64,000 nt of DNA, taken from contig NW_027139666.1 in NCBI RefSeq assembly GCF_035084215.1, forward strand, positions 2,294,001-2,358,000, written 5' to 3'. The stretch comes from Heptranchias perlo (taxonomy: Eukaryota). The translations under genes were made by a program, and so were the position numbers. Under the pieces are notes generated by a model. That model saw nothing but the letters and a program-made list of their open reading frames with translations. It ran no database searches and was not told the DNA's origin. This document shows positions 1-12,879 of this stretch, in pieces (positions within the stretch are counted from its first letter, which is position 1; every line of letters begins with the position of its first letter).

Positions 1-339
1 CTGACATACCAGTCCAAATATAGCACAAAGTGTCAGCCTGAAAGATAAAGTATCAATTCCATTAGCGCAGACTGAGCTACACAATAAATACCAGATCAAT
101 AATTTCACGGTAAAATATCGAAATATACATTATCATTTGCAATAGTCTTTCAAGAGATTAAGATGTAATCCTACACCAAACCTCACACATTGTTTGATTG
201 AAACAAAATACAGAAGTGTATCCATATTTAAAAAATAATGCTGGACAAAGGACCGTGCAAACATTAATGAAGTAAAGATACAGTTTCAAGTAACATGCTG
301 TATCCTGAAATAAGAATACAGAACGAATCCAGACTTGCA

Positions 340-790
340 CTTTGTCCCAGAGACTGAGTTACAGAATGAATCCCACACTGAGATAAAATTCCAGAGACTT
401 CCAGTCACAGAATGAATCCAACACTCACAGACAGCACCAGAGACTGACAGATACAGAATGAATCCCACACTCACACACAGTACCAGAGACTGACAAATTC
501 AGAATTGATCCCACACTCACACAAAGTACCGGAGACTGACAAATTCAGTATTAATCCCACACTCACACAAAGTACCAGAGACTGACAGCTACAGAACGAA
601 TCCCACACTCACACAAAGTACCAGAGACTGACAGATACAGAATGGATCCCACACTCACACAAAGTACCAGAGACTGACAAATTCAGAATGAATCAAACAC
701 TCACATACAGTACCAGAGAATGACAGATAGAGAATTAATCTCACACTCACAGACAGTACTGGAGGCTGACAGATACAGAATGAATATACA
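340..790 (+). repeat. 46-bp tandem satellite (cagtaccagagactgacagatacagaatgaatcccacactcacaca)
   Basis: ~9-10 directly visible tandem units; the same unit recurs throughout the window. Confidence 0.9.
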
Positions 791-1174
791 GTCTGACATC
801 GACTGGCCGTAAGCGAGACCTCGAACAGAGTGGAACAAATTCACATTGTCTGTCGTTACAGAAACAGGACAAAGTGCAATGTGAGGAAATAGTTTCTCTC
901 TTTAACTTCTACTCTGTTTTTTTAAAATATTTTGACAGTGAAAAATTAAGACAACTGACCCATAATAAAGTTTTTGTTTTGTTGATTCAAAAGTTGTGAA
1001 TTTGCCCCATTATATTTCACTGTACATTGCGCAATATTTCTGTCTGATTTCTCAGGACATGAATTAGATTAATTCAAATAAATCGAACTAAAACACAAAT
1101 AAAAACTGAGCACAAAGCTGGAAGTTTTAATGGCGACCGTCAAAAGTGAAAGGGATAAAATAGAGAGAAAAAAA

Positions 1175-1272
1175 TACCAAAAATGCTGGAAAGACTCAGC
1201 AGGTCCGGCAGCATATGTGGAGAAGGGAAGCTCGGGTTAACGGTTCAGGACTATGACCCTTCAATAGATCAG
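1175..1272 (-). mobile_element. Old Penelope-like terminal-repeat remnant with decayed hammerhead core (paralogues ~14798-14893, ~32048-32143)
   Basis: aaaatgctggaaagactcagcaggtccggcagcat...gttaacggttcagg..tgacccttc; minus strand of the 14.8k copy reads gaagggtca-t-tgacc-tgaaccgttaac, resembling a minimal hammerhead with mutated CUGANGA/GAAA; family assignment from recall, not a search. Confidence 0.5.
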
Positions 1273-1779
1273 AAAGGTTAATCCGGCATAGTTTAAATAA
1301 GGGACGGGAATCAGCAGAGAGAAAAAACTTCAGAAAATCTATTAATTTCACTGAATCCGGGCAATTGTTTCCCGTGTCCACTGTACAGATCAGTGTAAAT
1401 AATAATACAAAGGGAAAGAGTTAAATTCAAAGTTATGGTGGAAAGAAATGACCTTTCAAAGTATTTTAAAAATATAAATAAGACCCGTTTGTGTTTTGGA
1501 AACACTATCCCTCTGAACATCATCAAATTCGGTTCCAGTCTTGGTGATTCTGAATTCAGCGTGCTGGGATTCAAACCTGTTGGAATGAACTGTTTGGAAG
1601 GGAGCTCTGCTCACCATTATAGCGCCTTATTTCACTAGGAGGGAAAAATCGAGTGTTTCTGTGGAGTTTGGGTTTGGGGTTTCTGGTACTTTAATCATAG
1701 ACAATAAATAGTTTCCAAACATCAGCCCCTGAACAGACACAAAAAGCTGGTAGAATTTCTCATTCATAGATATTAAATA

Positions 1780-2440
1780 AGAGGATGGCAAAAGCGAATA
1801 GGAAGAGGTTAGGAAGAAGTCACAAAAACAATTAGGGAAGCAAACAGGAACTACGAAATCAAATTATCAAGGAATATAAAAAGAAATAGTAAATTATTCC
1901 ACAGACACAAAAATAACAAAAGGAAAACCAGAATAGTTTGAGTGCCACTAAGGGATGCACAAGATAAACTCACAGGTAATGTCAGCGAAATGGCAGAAAT
2001 ATTGAATTGTTACTTTGCCTCAGTATTTACCAGGGAGATTAACAGGGTAAATATGATATAGAGGAAGAGGTCAATAAAGATATCAAGACATTTAAGTTAG
2101 AAAGGGTGGTTAAACTGGTCCAGATGGATTGCATCCGCACATATTAAATGAAGCAAGGGAAGAGATAGCAGAGGCACTGTTACATATATAGAAAAAAAAT
2201 CATCACAAAAACGAATAGTGCCAAAGGGCAGGATGATAGTTAATGTGATTCATATATTTTGAAACAGGAGATAGAACAAGTCCAGGGAACTATAGGCCAG
2301 TTAACAAAAGGTCGGTGGTAGGAATGATCATGGAATCTTTTACTCAATGAAGCAATCGAAAAACATCTAGAAACCGAAAATATAATAAAGAATAGTCAGC
2401 ACGGATTTCAGAAAGGGAATGTTTAACAGTTTGACAGAAG
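1780..2440 (+). mobile_element. CR1-type LINE ORF2 fragment, degenerate (copies ~15395-16060, ~32665-33320)
   Basis: Translates to GPDGLHPHILNEAREEIAEAL, PGNYRPV and SQHGF motifs typical of CR1 RT; stops and frameshifts. Confidence 0.8.
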
Positions 2441-2449
2441 GTTTGAAAG

Positions 2450-2790
2450 TTTAAATTACAGTTCAACATAACTTATCTGCTTTTCAATTCTATTCCTCTA
2501 GAAATAAACCCCAGTGCTGTGTTTGCTTTCTGTGGCATCATCAACCTGTGTTGCTACTTTTAATGATTTGTCAATCTGTACCCCGAAATCCCTTCGCTCT
2601 TCTACCACATTTAGACTCTTATTTTCCAAGCAGTATGAGGCCTTCTTATTCCTGCGAGCAAAATGCACCATCTCACACCTTTCTATATTGAAATTCAATG
2701 GCCATTTCCACCGCCTTTCATCAAGCTTATTAAAGTCTTCTTGTATTTTGTTGGATTCTTCGTCAGTATAGACTATACACCCTAAATTAA
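2450..2790 (-). mobile_element. CR1-type LINE ORF2 fragment, inverted (copies ~16070-16255, ~28438-28600, ~33330-33670, ~44370-44502)
   Basis: ORF 2498-2698 FNIERCEMVHF...EERRDFGVQIDKSLK is CR1 RT C-terminal region. Confidence 0.8.
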
Positions 2791-2944
2791 TTACAAGAAT
2801 TTAATACAGCATGCAACCAACATTTGGTCCAACCAAATGTTTCCAATTCCCAGTTTTTCTAAATCCCACTCGTGCAACATAATGTGAAGAATGAGTTTAT
2901 CTTCTGTCCCTCTCTCACCTGCAAACTTCAATGTCCCGGGGTTT

Positions 2945-2976
2945 GGGGACATCTACTGGCCGAAAGCAGAACTGCA
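2945..2976 (-). promoter_or_regulatory. Putative bipartite CTCF site (upstream motif + core)
   Basis: Minus strand TGCAGTTCTGCTTTCGGCCAGTAGATGTCCCC; TGCAG starts 17 nt before a CCAGTAGATGTC core; conserved at 28781-28812, 33820-33851, 44133-44164. Confidence 0.6.
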
Positions 2977-3052
2977 ACAGTTCGGAACAAATTGCTCAAA
3001 CCGGACAATGTGCAGTGTGAGCGTGTTTGTGGTTGGTGGCAGGTATTAAATC

Positions 3053-3186
3053 TGATTGGTTTCTTCAGATATCCAATCAGAGAGTGAATGGAAAAGGTGA
3101 CGTTGTATCACTCCGAATGACCCAATCACAATCATTGCCTTCCTCCATCCCTCATTAGCATAGGGCTGTGGGGCTGCCTATTTCAT
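3053..3186 (+). promoter_or_regulatory. H2B promoter: CCAAT boxes, octamer-like H2B box CTCATTAGCATAG (3151-3163), TATA-like cctatttc
   Basis: gattgg/ccaatc motifs; one-mismatch match to CTCATTTGCATA directly upstream of the H2B ATG. Confidence 0.7.
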
Positions 3187-3238
3187 CCGAGTTCGGAGCG
3201 GATTTGGGTCATTTCTGGGTCTGAAATTGAGTTTGAAA

Positions 3239-3613
3239 ATGCCTGAGGACAAGAAAGCAGCTCCCAAGAAGGGCGCCAAGAAAACCTTGAATAAAGCACC
3301 AGCCAAGGGCGGCAAGAAGCGGAGAAAGTCGAGGAAGGAGAGTTACTCCATCTACATCTACAAAGTGATGAAGCAGGTTCACCCCGACACCGGCATCTCC
3401 TCCAAGGCCATGAGCATCATGAACTCCTTTGTGAACGATATTTTCGAGCGCATCGCTGGTGAGGCTTCCCGCCTGGCCCATTACAACAAGCGGGCGACCA
3501 TCAGCTCCCGGGAGATCCAGACCGCCGTGCGCCTGCTGCTGCCCGGGGAACTGGCCAAACACGCCGTATCGGAAGGGACGAAGGCGGTGACCAAGTACAC
3601 CAGCTCGAAGTAA
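3239..3613 (+). CDS. H2B: Histone H2B, replication-dependent, 124 aa
   Basis: [11 protein letters not shown]...[26 protein letters not shown]...AVTKYTSSK; intronless; followed by stem-loop. Confidence 0.97.
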   Translation: MPEDKKAAPKKGAKKTLNKAPAKGGKKRRKSRKESYSIYIYKVMKQVHPDTGISSKAMSIMNSFVNDIFERIAGEASRLAHYNKRATISSREIQTAVRLLLPGELAKHAVSEGTKAVTKYTSSK

Positions 3614-3647
3614 AACTCCACAATGCACTGAAAAAAATGAACACAAC

Positions 3648-3663
3648 GGCTCTTTTAAGAGCC
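3648..3663 (+). terminator. Histone 3' stem-loop (H2B)
   Basis: GGCTCTTTTAAGAGCC followed by ACCCA. Confidence 0.95.
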
Positions 3664-4400
3664 ACCCACAGTCTCTCTGAAGACGCTGTACCGACCCCTC
3701 TGCATGGAATCATTTTACTGTAGAATGTTTGATACTAACTGTTTTTCTGTAACTCTTGTGCTTTTCTAATTTCTCTTGAAATCTAGTAGATTCTCGTCAT
3801 CACTGCCGGTTATAATCTGTGTGTTGCTTTTTTTATTTAGTCCCAATAACCAAAAACGTGTCACTGATCCTCTCGTTCTCGTTCATATTCCGACCCATCC
3901 GCCGCTACTGCCCATTAAGAGCCGTTTTAAGGGGGTGGATTAGACTTCAGTCATTTCTTTCTCCTTTTCACGTTTGTTTGTTCATTATTCGGGAATATCG
4001 CTATCAGAACCGCAATCCTTTGTAAAGCAACAGCCTTGAAAGAGACTTCACACCGAGTACAGAACAGTCTAAAGGATCTGTTACTGTTCGACTCCTGACA
4101 CCAGGAGTCCCGGCTCCGGTTTCGATCGCGATGCAGCTCCTGCGAACAGGGATCAATCCACAATCTGTCGTTTGTTCCTTTCACAAAGATTGAGCTGGAA
4201 TCTGTCTCGTTACAAAATGGGTCTTTATTCCCGCCCGATTGAAAATGAACGGTTAATGAAGCCGGATTTTAACCGGAATGTATAAGGTTCTGGAAGTTGT
4301 GACGGGAAATGTGGAACAACAGAGTAAAAGGAGAGAGATATTTAAATTTTTGTCTTTCGCGACATTATTTACTAAATCCGCTTCTTGTGTTACAGATATA

Positions 4401-5030
<630 letters not shown>

Positions 5031-5060
5031 ATCGGCCAAGATTTAACCTGATAACCCAAA

Positions 5061-5076
5061 GGCTCTTTTCAGAGCC
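5061..5076 (+). terminator. Histone 3' stem-loop (H2A)
   Basis: GGCTCTTTTCAGAGCC-ACCCA; HDE-like GAAAGGGCTG downstream. Confidence 0.95.
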
Positions 5077-5627
5077 ACCCACGGTATCAATGAAAGGGCT
5101 GGTCACTGTCTGTGGGCTCAGGTATTAACTTCAAAAGGACTTGATTCCGATTCGAGAAACTAACAATAACTTGTTATGCACAAATCATCCATATCGGTCT
5201 GTTGCAGTAATCGCTTCCGGACCGCAGATGTCGCCAACCTCCAATCGATTATAATTTGCAGTTTGTCTGGTGAATGAGACAAAATACCAGAACCGTTAGA
5301 ATTGCCAACTGGGCGGGTGGGATACAGAAATACCAGGGACGCTTAATATTATTTACCGTCCCATCCTCGGACAACACTGGCTCAGTCTGTGTTATTTTTC
5401 CCAGATTTGTACAACGGATGCTGACTGATGTGCTGTTATTGTATCAGCGATTACTGAATTAAGAATGTGAGTGAAATTTGTGTTTGGATGTGAGTGAGGT
5501 ATTTATTCTGTCCCTGTCCGTCTGATATCTGCTCCCTCCCCTTTATACGTTTCCCATTTAAGCAAATTTCTCACGACCCTGCCATTTCAACGCAGGAGAT
5601 CACAGCTCTTTCCATCGCCGATTTGGT

Positions 5628-5643
5628 GGCTCTGAAAAGAGCC
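5628..5643 (-). terminator. Histone 3' stem-loop (H3)
   Basis: Minus strand GGCTCTTTTCAGAGCC; U7-binding HDE GAAAGAGCTG at ~5603-5612. Confidence 0.95.
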
Positions 5644-5676
5644 TTTGTTGCACTTGGTGCTGAAGCCGGGTCGGGT

Positions 5677-6168
<492 letters not shown>

Positions 6169-6323
6169 TCAGGGTATCCGCCCCTGGCCTGTGATTGGCT
6201 GAGGTTTCACCCCCAGACAAGGAGGGACTGCGATTGGCAGGTTTGATCCGAGATCTGTCAGTCAGACCAAAACGGCGGGAGGTATTGGGTCCCAATTGGC
6301 TGAGCTGAAATTAATTTTCAATT

Positions 6324-6340
6324 TCAAAAAGCCCGCCAAT
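6324..6340 (-). promoter_or_regulatory. E2F/CDE-CHR composite upstream of H3 (second copy ~6548-6563)
   Basis: Minus strand TTGGCGG-GCTT-TTTGAA with exact 4-nt spacer; second copy CTGGCGG-GATT-TTTGAA. Confidence 0.6.
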
Positions 6341-6923
6341 TTCAGAGCATCAAATAAGTTTCAAGAAAATCTAATTTCCCTCCAGCAATTTAAGAATCTC
6401 TCTCTTCATAATCTCCATTATTTCCTTCTCCTCAGCTCAAATCTCAGGCTGTTTCACATTCCGATTCATTCTCTGATCTGTCTGTAAACGGGCGGGAATA
6501 AATTCCCGGTCATTGCTTTACGTAACGGGACAAAGTCCAGCTTCAATTTCAAAAATCCCGCCAGTTCCAGCCCGGTGAACCGCTCCTCAAACAGAAACTT
6601 CACATCGAACTGATAATTGAATGAGGGCAGGAAATAAACACCGAGCAGAGAGGACAGAGGGAGTGAGGAGGGATTTTAATTTGAGCGGAGAATGTAATGT
6701 CTGGGGAAAGACTCTATCACCGCCTGTTCATTTATACCGTGAAACCGGGAATTCCGCTCCTTCTCTCGGGATGGCCGAGAACCCCGGCCGTTGTTTCTGA
6801 TCTCCCTGTACCGAGTGTTGGGGAATCTCCCCATACTAATTAAATATCAGAAACTGATTCCCCACCCCGAGATCTTTCCTCTCCCCGTTCCCAGGTCAGT
6901 GCTCTCTCTGTGAGGCGGTGGGT

Positions 6924-6939
6924 GGCTCTTAGAAGAGCC
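6924..6939 (-). terminator. Histone 3' stem-loop (H4)
   Basis: Minus strand GGCTCTTCTAAGAGCC-ACCCA. Confidence 0.93.
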
Positions 6940-6974
6940 TTTGTTTTGTTTCCGGTTAGAAAGGGTCGAATTGT

Positions 6975-7295
<321 letters not shown>

Positions 7296-7390
7296 TCACT
7301 CAAATCGCTGCTGAATGAACAGCAAACTGATGTTGGTTCCGTTTTTATGCAGCCTGCCCTGACCTGACTGAAACACACACAGGGTGAGAG

Positions 7391-7507
7391 AGGGAGGGGA
7401 GGAGATAGAGATAAATATTAAACAGGGAGGGGAGGAGACAGAGTGTGATATTAAACAGGGAGGGGAGGAGACAGAGTGTGATATTAAACAGGGAGGGGAG
7501 GAGACAG
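7391..7507 (+). repeat. 33-bp purine-rich tandem repeat in H4 promoter (~3.5 copies)
   Basis: atattaaacagggaggggaggagacagagtgtg repeated; fewer units in the paralogue at ~16440-16495. Confidence 0.85.
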
Positions 7508-8165
7508 TCAGAGTGACGGACAAAGCGGAGAGCGGCTTCTGATCTTCCAGCTCCACCTCCAGCTTTCTCCACCCGCCAATTTCAAACCGTTTATCGATAA
7601 TAGAACCGAAACACAGCGCTCCGCACAAACCCTTACAGACTCGGGCTTCATAGAATCCCGGAGCTTTTCAATAAGCCCCATTACAATTAACAGTCAGCAA
7701 TATTCCTGCCAAAATACAGTCCCTTCCATAACAAGTCAACCCGCCTCCTTCCATTTCAGTCCCAGACCCGATTCTATCTCCCCGCACATTCCCTCCCAGA
7801 CGGGTTCAGCAGTTTATAAACACCTTATTCCAGCTGATTTGAAGAATCTCATGTGTTGGGGTTTGAATTGTGATCGCTGCCGATCTCCGCCAGTTTTACC
7901 CTGTTACGGACTGTCGCCCTGAATCTGTGAGAAAAAATGAACTGGGACTGGAGCCGAACACACGCCAGTTCCAGTGAGGCCCGGCCCGGATATCCCATTC
8001 TCTCTATTTTATTACAGACATTGGGGGTCGGGCGGGGATAGCGAATGTCAGCGAGTCACCAGGACCCTGGGTTTATTTGAAATGATTTCTATCTGAAATC
8101 TGAGCCCGGCCCCGGGACAGGAATCATCTGATTCCGGGATCAGCTCTTTTCTGAGAGACGTGGGT

Positions 8166-8181
8166 GGCTCTGAGAAGAGCC
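8166..8181 (-). terminator. Histone 3' stem-loop (H1)
   Basis: Minus strand GGCTCTTCTCAGAGCC-ACCCA; HDE AAAAGAGCTG at ~8141-8150. Confidence 0.93.
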
Positions 8182-8217
8182 GTTGGGTTCAGATGGTCAC
8201 AAGTTGCACTTGATTTT

Positions 8218-8835
8218 TTACTTCTTTTTGCCCGCTGCTTTCTTAGGCTTTGCTGACTTCGGCTTGGGCTTGGCCCTCGGTTTTTCCACCTTCTTCGCCT
8301 TCGCCTTAACTGGCTTGGGGGTCTTGGGCTTCTTAGCCGCCGCTTTCTTTTTAATTGGTGATTTCGCCGCCTTTTTCGTGGTCGATTTCTTGACCGCTGG
8401 TTTCTTGGCCGTTAACTTCTTGAGGGCTGTTTTTTTGGCCGCTGGTTTCTTTTCGGGAGATTTCTTGGTCACTTGTTTCTTCACCTTCTTTACCATTTTT
8501 GCCTGGGTTTCCTTCTTAGCGACTCTGAAGGAGCCCGAGGCGCCCGTGCCCTTGATCTGCACCAGGGAGCCTTTTTCCACATTTCTCTTGATACTTAATT
8601 TGATCTGGGACCGGTGCTTCTCCACATCCAGGCCTTTGGCAGCCAGAACCTTCTTTATCGCGGCCAGGGATATCCCCTTGCGATCCTTGCAATCCCCCAC
8701 AATCTTGAGGATCTGTTCGCCCAACGGGGGACCGGTGGTCTTGGGTCGGGGAACCGCCTTCTTCTTCTTCGGAGCCTTGGGTGGAGCGGCGGCGTCGGCA
8801 GGAGGAGCCGTTTCGGCGGCTGCAGTGTCTGTCAT
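8218..8835 (-). CDS. H1: Linker histone H1, 205 aa, divergent globular domain
   Basis: MTDTAAAETAPP...GISLAAIKKVLAAKGLDVEK...KGTGASGSF, Lys/Ala/Pro tail with SPxK/TPxK sites; H1-box AAACACA at 8980-8986 (minus); stem-loop. Confidence 0.95.
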   Translation of the reverse strand: MTDTAAAETAPPADAAAPPKAPKKKKAVPRPKTTGPPLGEQILKIVGDCKDRKGISLAAIKKVLAAKGLDVEKHRSQIKLSIKRNVEKGSLVQIKGTGASGSFRVAKKETQAKMVKKVKKQVTKKSPEKKPAAKKTALKKLTAKKPAVKKSTTKKAAKSPIKKKAAAKKPKTPKPVKAKAKKVEKPRAKPKPKSAKPKKAAGKKK

Positions 8836-11024
8836 GTCCGGGACTCTGTCGAAAATCTCTCTGACAGTCAGAGCTGGGTCAGAAATGAAACGAGAGGCGG
8901 CGGCACAGAGCAACTTAAAGGCACAGAGCGGACGGGGCGGAGACATCCTGCTGTCAGCTCCCGGCCCCTCCAGCCTCTCTGTGTTTCTCTCTCCTCTTAA
9001 ACTCCCCGATTCCAATTCAAATCGGGCACTCCAGAGTCCCAGACTAGCCCCTTCCTATATCTCACACCGGAATGTTTGCTGTCGAAAAACTTTCACCGGA
9101 ATTAAAAGCTCCAGTTTCGATTTAAACCAGTTTCATTGCTGCACTGATCGCGCTCTCTCACCCGATCGCTGACATGATCTCCGTTTTTCACCTGAAATCT
9201 TGAATTGATCTGAAATTTTACCTTAAATTTCCACTTCGGAGCTCGGCAGGGGAGGAGGGCGATCCTTTGACAGGGATTTTTTAAAATTTTACTCAAAAGG
9301 GACTCGGAAATCTGGCGATGAGACCGGCCACACAAACACAGTGACATTAATCTAACCCATCCGCCCCTTTAACACACTCTCTCTGACACAATGTTCACAT
9401 CTTCACATTCACAGGACAAAGTGTTCGCCAGATTGACAATTCCCGTGACAGGCTTTCCATCCCGCTCGGCCTGTGCTGCAGATTCTCGGAGGTGAGTTGT
9501 CGTTTCCCAGCTCAGTAACTGTTAAACACTCTGAGGCCGGCGCTCCTCACAGTGTCTTGTCCCCAGATTCAGGGGCAGCAGCCAATCACAGCTGTGGATG
9601 TGATTATCCATATCTTGTTTTACATGATTATATTATTCACACTCAGCAATATGTTTGGTTGAGACGATAATACAAATTCTCCTCTCTGGGCTCCTCCAGT
9701 CTCTCTGTCTTTCTCTCCCTCCTCCTAAACTGACTGACAGAAAACAGTAACTGGTGTTCTATCCGTCCCATTCTCAACACCCAGAGACGGCCAGTTGCTG
9801 AATAAATTCAACATTCATAGGCAGTCCAGTGTCAGGCCGTTACAGGCTGTTTCTCCCCACCTTTCCTTATTGGACTGGAGACTGATAAATGCACCGTCAG
9901 ACCGGCTCATACATAATAGAAGGGACAGTGACCGTCTCATCAACAGCACCGGAGGTCTGTTCACAGACACAGAATCAGTCTTTACCTTCCAACAGGGTGT
10001 TCATATTACGCTCAATAACACTATCCCGCTTTCATGTACAGCGCTGGAGGGAGAGAAATACAGACGGACAGATAAAGAGACAGACAGAGACAGGCACACA
10101 GACAAAGTATCATTCTCACACTTCCTCTCAGTGTGTCCGTTTCACACTCAGCAAACAGTATCCCACCTTCGTGTAAAGCGCTAGAGAGATACAGACAGGC
10201 AGAGTATCAGCCATACGCTTCCCATCAGTCTCTCTGTATCACGCTCAGCAGCAGTATTCCACCTTCATATGTTGTACATAAGAGAGAGAGAAACTGACCT
10301 GCAATGTCCCGTTTTCACCCAGTAACAAATTGGAAAATTCTCCATTCCAATTGCCATTCCAAGCTGGAGTGACGGAAGATGCAGTCTCATCTCTCACTGA
10401 TATTATTTCAGAGACAGACACATTATTAATCCCACTCTCAGTGACAGGGTCACGCATTTAACCCTCTCTTGAATGTTGTACCCTCTGCAATTTTGCAGCT
10501 CAGGGCCCTTCTGTATTTCTCTCAGTGACCGAGAGTTTCACTCCGATTGAAATAAACTGGGACTGTAGCCGTCAAATATTAATCCTACACGGTCCCAGCA
10601 AATACACCGACTCCCACTTTCCTCCCATGTTTCTCCAGAATTGGTTCGAGGAATCCGGCCTCCAGTTACGGAGTCACAAGTTTCTTTATCAGTAAAGGGA
10701 CCAAGAATGAACAGAACCAATTGGCTCATTTCACAGCCGCCCACTTTATCTCTGAAAGACTCTTTTCGATCAAAAGATACCGAGAGAAACAGCAGGGATG
10801 GAAACATCTAGTTTAATAGTAAGAGATTGTAAAGTCAGTCTGGATTCCAGCGTTAGGCACTGGTGGAATCCCATTTGTTTTCCATTCTGGTGCCTGTTCC
10901 TGCACTGCCTGTGGACCCCATTCCCTCTGACCTTTCCCCCAGACCCACTTCCTTTGCTCAGACTCTGAAAAATTCCAATTGGGGAAAGTTTCCATCGATT
11001 TTTGTATTGAGAATTAAACCAGAT

Positions 11025-11160
11025 TTCTGCGCATGCGCGACTCAGCCCCGCCCCCAGCGCTGGTTGTTGGTGAGCGGAAGAGCGCATGCGCTCTCCCCTC
11101 CCCCAGCTGGGCCTGTGGGCACCATTCCCTCAGTGAGCGGAAGAAGATGGTTTAAAACAG
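11025..11160 (+). promoter_or_regulatory. CpG-rich TATA-less promoter-like element of an unknown transcription unit (copies ~20645-20780 +, ~49785-49915 -)
   Basis: Two NRF1-type GCGCATGCGC motifs, GC box ccccgccc, ETS-like gcggaag x2, gaagatgg. Confidence 0.55.
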
Positions 11161-11508
11161 CCGGGAATGGAGAGATCACGGCCCCCGGGGGAAGGGAGCA
11201 AAGAGCAGCCTCGTTACAGCAGCTCATCGCTTCGGGACCGTGTCCGCAGATGGGCTCAGAGATCGGCATTGAGTCCGAGGGCTGTTTGTAAGAGGCGGAG
11301 TGGATCAGGAACTGGTCCCGGAACATGGAGTGAGCGGGGGAAGGGAGAGGTCATTCTCGGGCTGTGTGTGTACAGGGTGTGTCCAGGGGAAGGGAGACAG
11401 AATGGGAATAACCTGCTATTTAAAATCATTGCTGCTTTCTCTCCCCAAACCAGTAGTGAATGTTCCTGGTTTAGTTCCAGTCTCACCCTGTTTATTGTTA
11501 TTGGACAG

Positions 11509-12182
11509 TGAAGAGTGGAAACAGAGCCGGACAGTAAGGATGTGGGGAGTGAGACAAAGAGCATCTATTGCAGGCACCAGGTGAGAAGTGTGAAGGGCAC
11601 ATTTTAAACAGCGGCTGTTTGATTTCGGTTGAACGGTTAGTCCCATGGGAGAGGGGATTAGAAACCTGACGTGTGCAAAGGTCCCCGCCCCATCGGGTCG
11701 TCCCATTCATGGATCAGTGCAGAGGTTGGGTTGTGTCTGGATGTCACTAAATCGTTGTAAAATTGCCCAACACACCTGGTGTGCAGAAGCTGAGTGCTGC
11801 AGTACTGCAGTGGAGTCAGACACTGACACTGTTTGTATCACTGGTTCTCATTTGTGGATATTCAAAATAATCATTGATATGGATATTAATTCGAACACTT
11901 TTGTATTTTCTACCTCACTGGTTCTTGAGTTACAAGAGATAAATTTCTTCCTGCAGGCAAATCCTTGATGGACCCAGAATCAGTGTTATGTTTCCTCCAC
12001 TCGAGGCACAAGGAACAGTGCAGCCAGCTCCTTCTCTCACACAGTGAGTACATTATCACACACAGCGCACAGAGACACAGACAGGTCATCAGTTCCACAG
12101 TCTCAGACAGCAGAAGTCGTCAGTCCCACACTGATCCCAAGATCCAGAGACACATTTTCAATCCAACAGTCAAACAGAGCAG
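11509..12182 (+). other. Putative exons 2 (11509-11580, 72 nt) and 3 (11957-12182, 226 nt) of an unknown spliced gene, copy 1
   Basis: Acceptors ttattggacag| and ttcttcctgcag|, donors cag|gtgaga and cag|gtgagg, conserved across paralogues. Confidence 0.45.
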
Positions 12183-12879
12183 GTGAGGCAGACACTGTTC
12201 CATTTCCCCCGAGCTGAGTCCCGCTGACAGGTGGATACAAAAATCCCAGTCCAAGATCACACTATCAGATGGAAAGGCACTGTGTCAATCTCACAATAGG
12301 GCAACATTAGCTACGAATTAAATACCAGATCGAAATCACACATGGTACCCGATTTAAAGGTGCAGAATGAATCCCAATAATGTACCCTGAGATTCGAATT
12401 GATTACTCGCCCAGAACTCTCACACACATGTGAGTTTATACACTATGCGAATGGATATTGCATGTATCATGTGATACAAATTGCATACGAGTCCAAAACT
12501 CATGTACAGTATCAGATTAAAAATGCTGTGAGAGTGTAATCTGAGAAACAAATTAGATATCAGTTTATAATGGACTCATATTGTGAGATGTAACGATACA
12601 GTATCAATTCTATTAGTACAGACTGAGCTGTACATTATACGCCATTTGAAAAGTGTCACCATATCAATTTGAAAGATACATTATCTTTCACAATAGTACT
12701 CACAGAGATACAGATTTAATAGTAGTTCAAAAAGCACACAAATTATCTGATTAAAACCTACAGTGTCAAATCCTAAAGTGTATCCACATTTACCAATTAA
12801 ATAATGAGAAATATGATCGAAACATGAAGATATTAAAGCTAAAATTTTTTATGCCGTAATGCAATCTGAGAGAATAATT

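Noticed and set aside
8836-9015. N-terminal extensions of H1, H2A, H2B and H3 in the ORF track
   Set aside because: They start at non-ATG codons or run through the promoter/5' UTR; the canonical ATG is downstream
8183-9172. 329-aa plus-strand ORF (also 17807-18706, 5494-6162 and other antisense ORFs over histones)
   Set aside because: Antisense shadows of histone CDSs caused by codon bias; no independent promoter or homology
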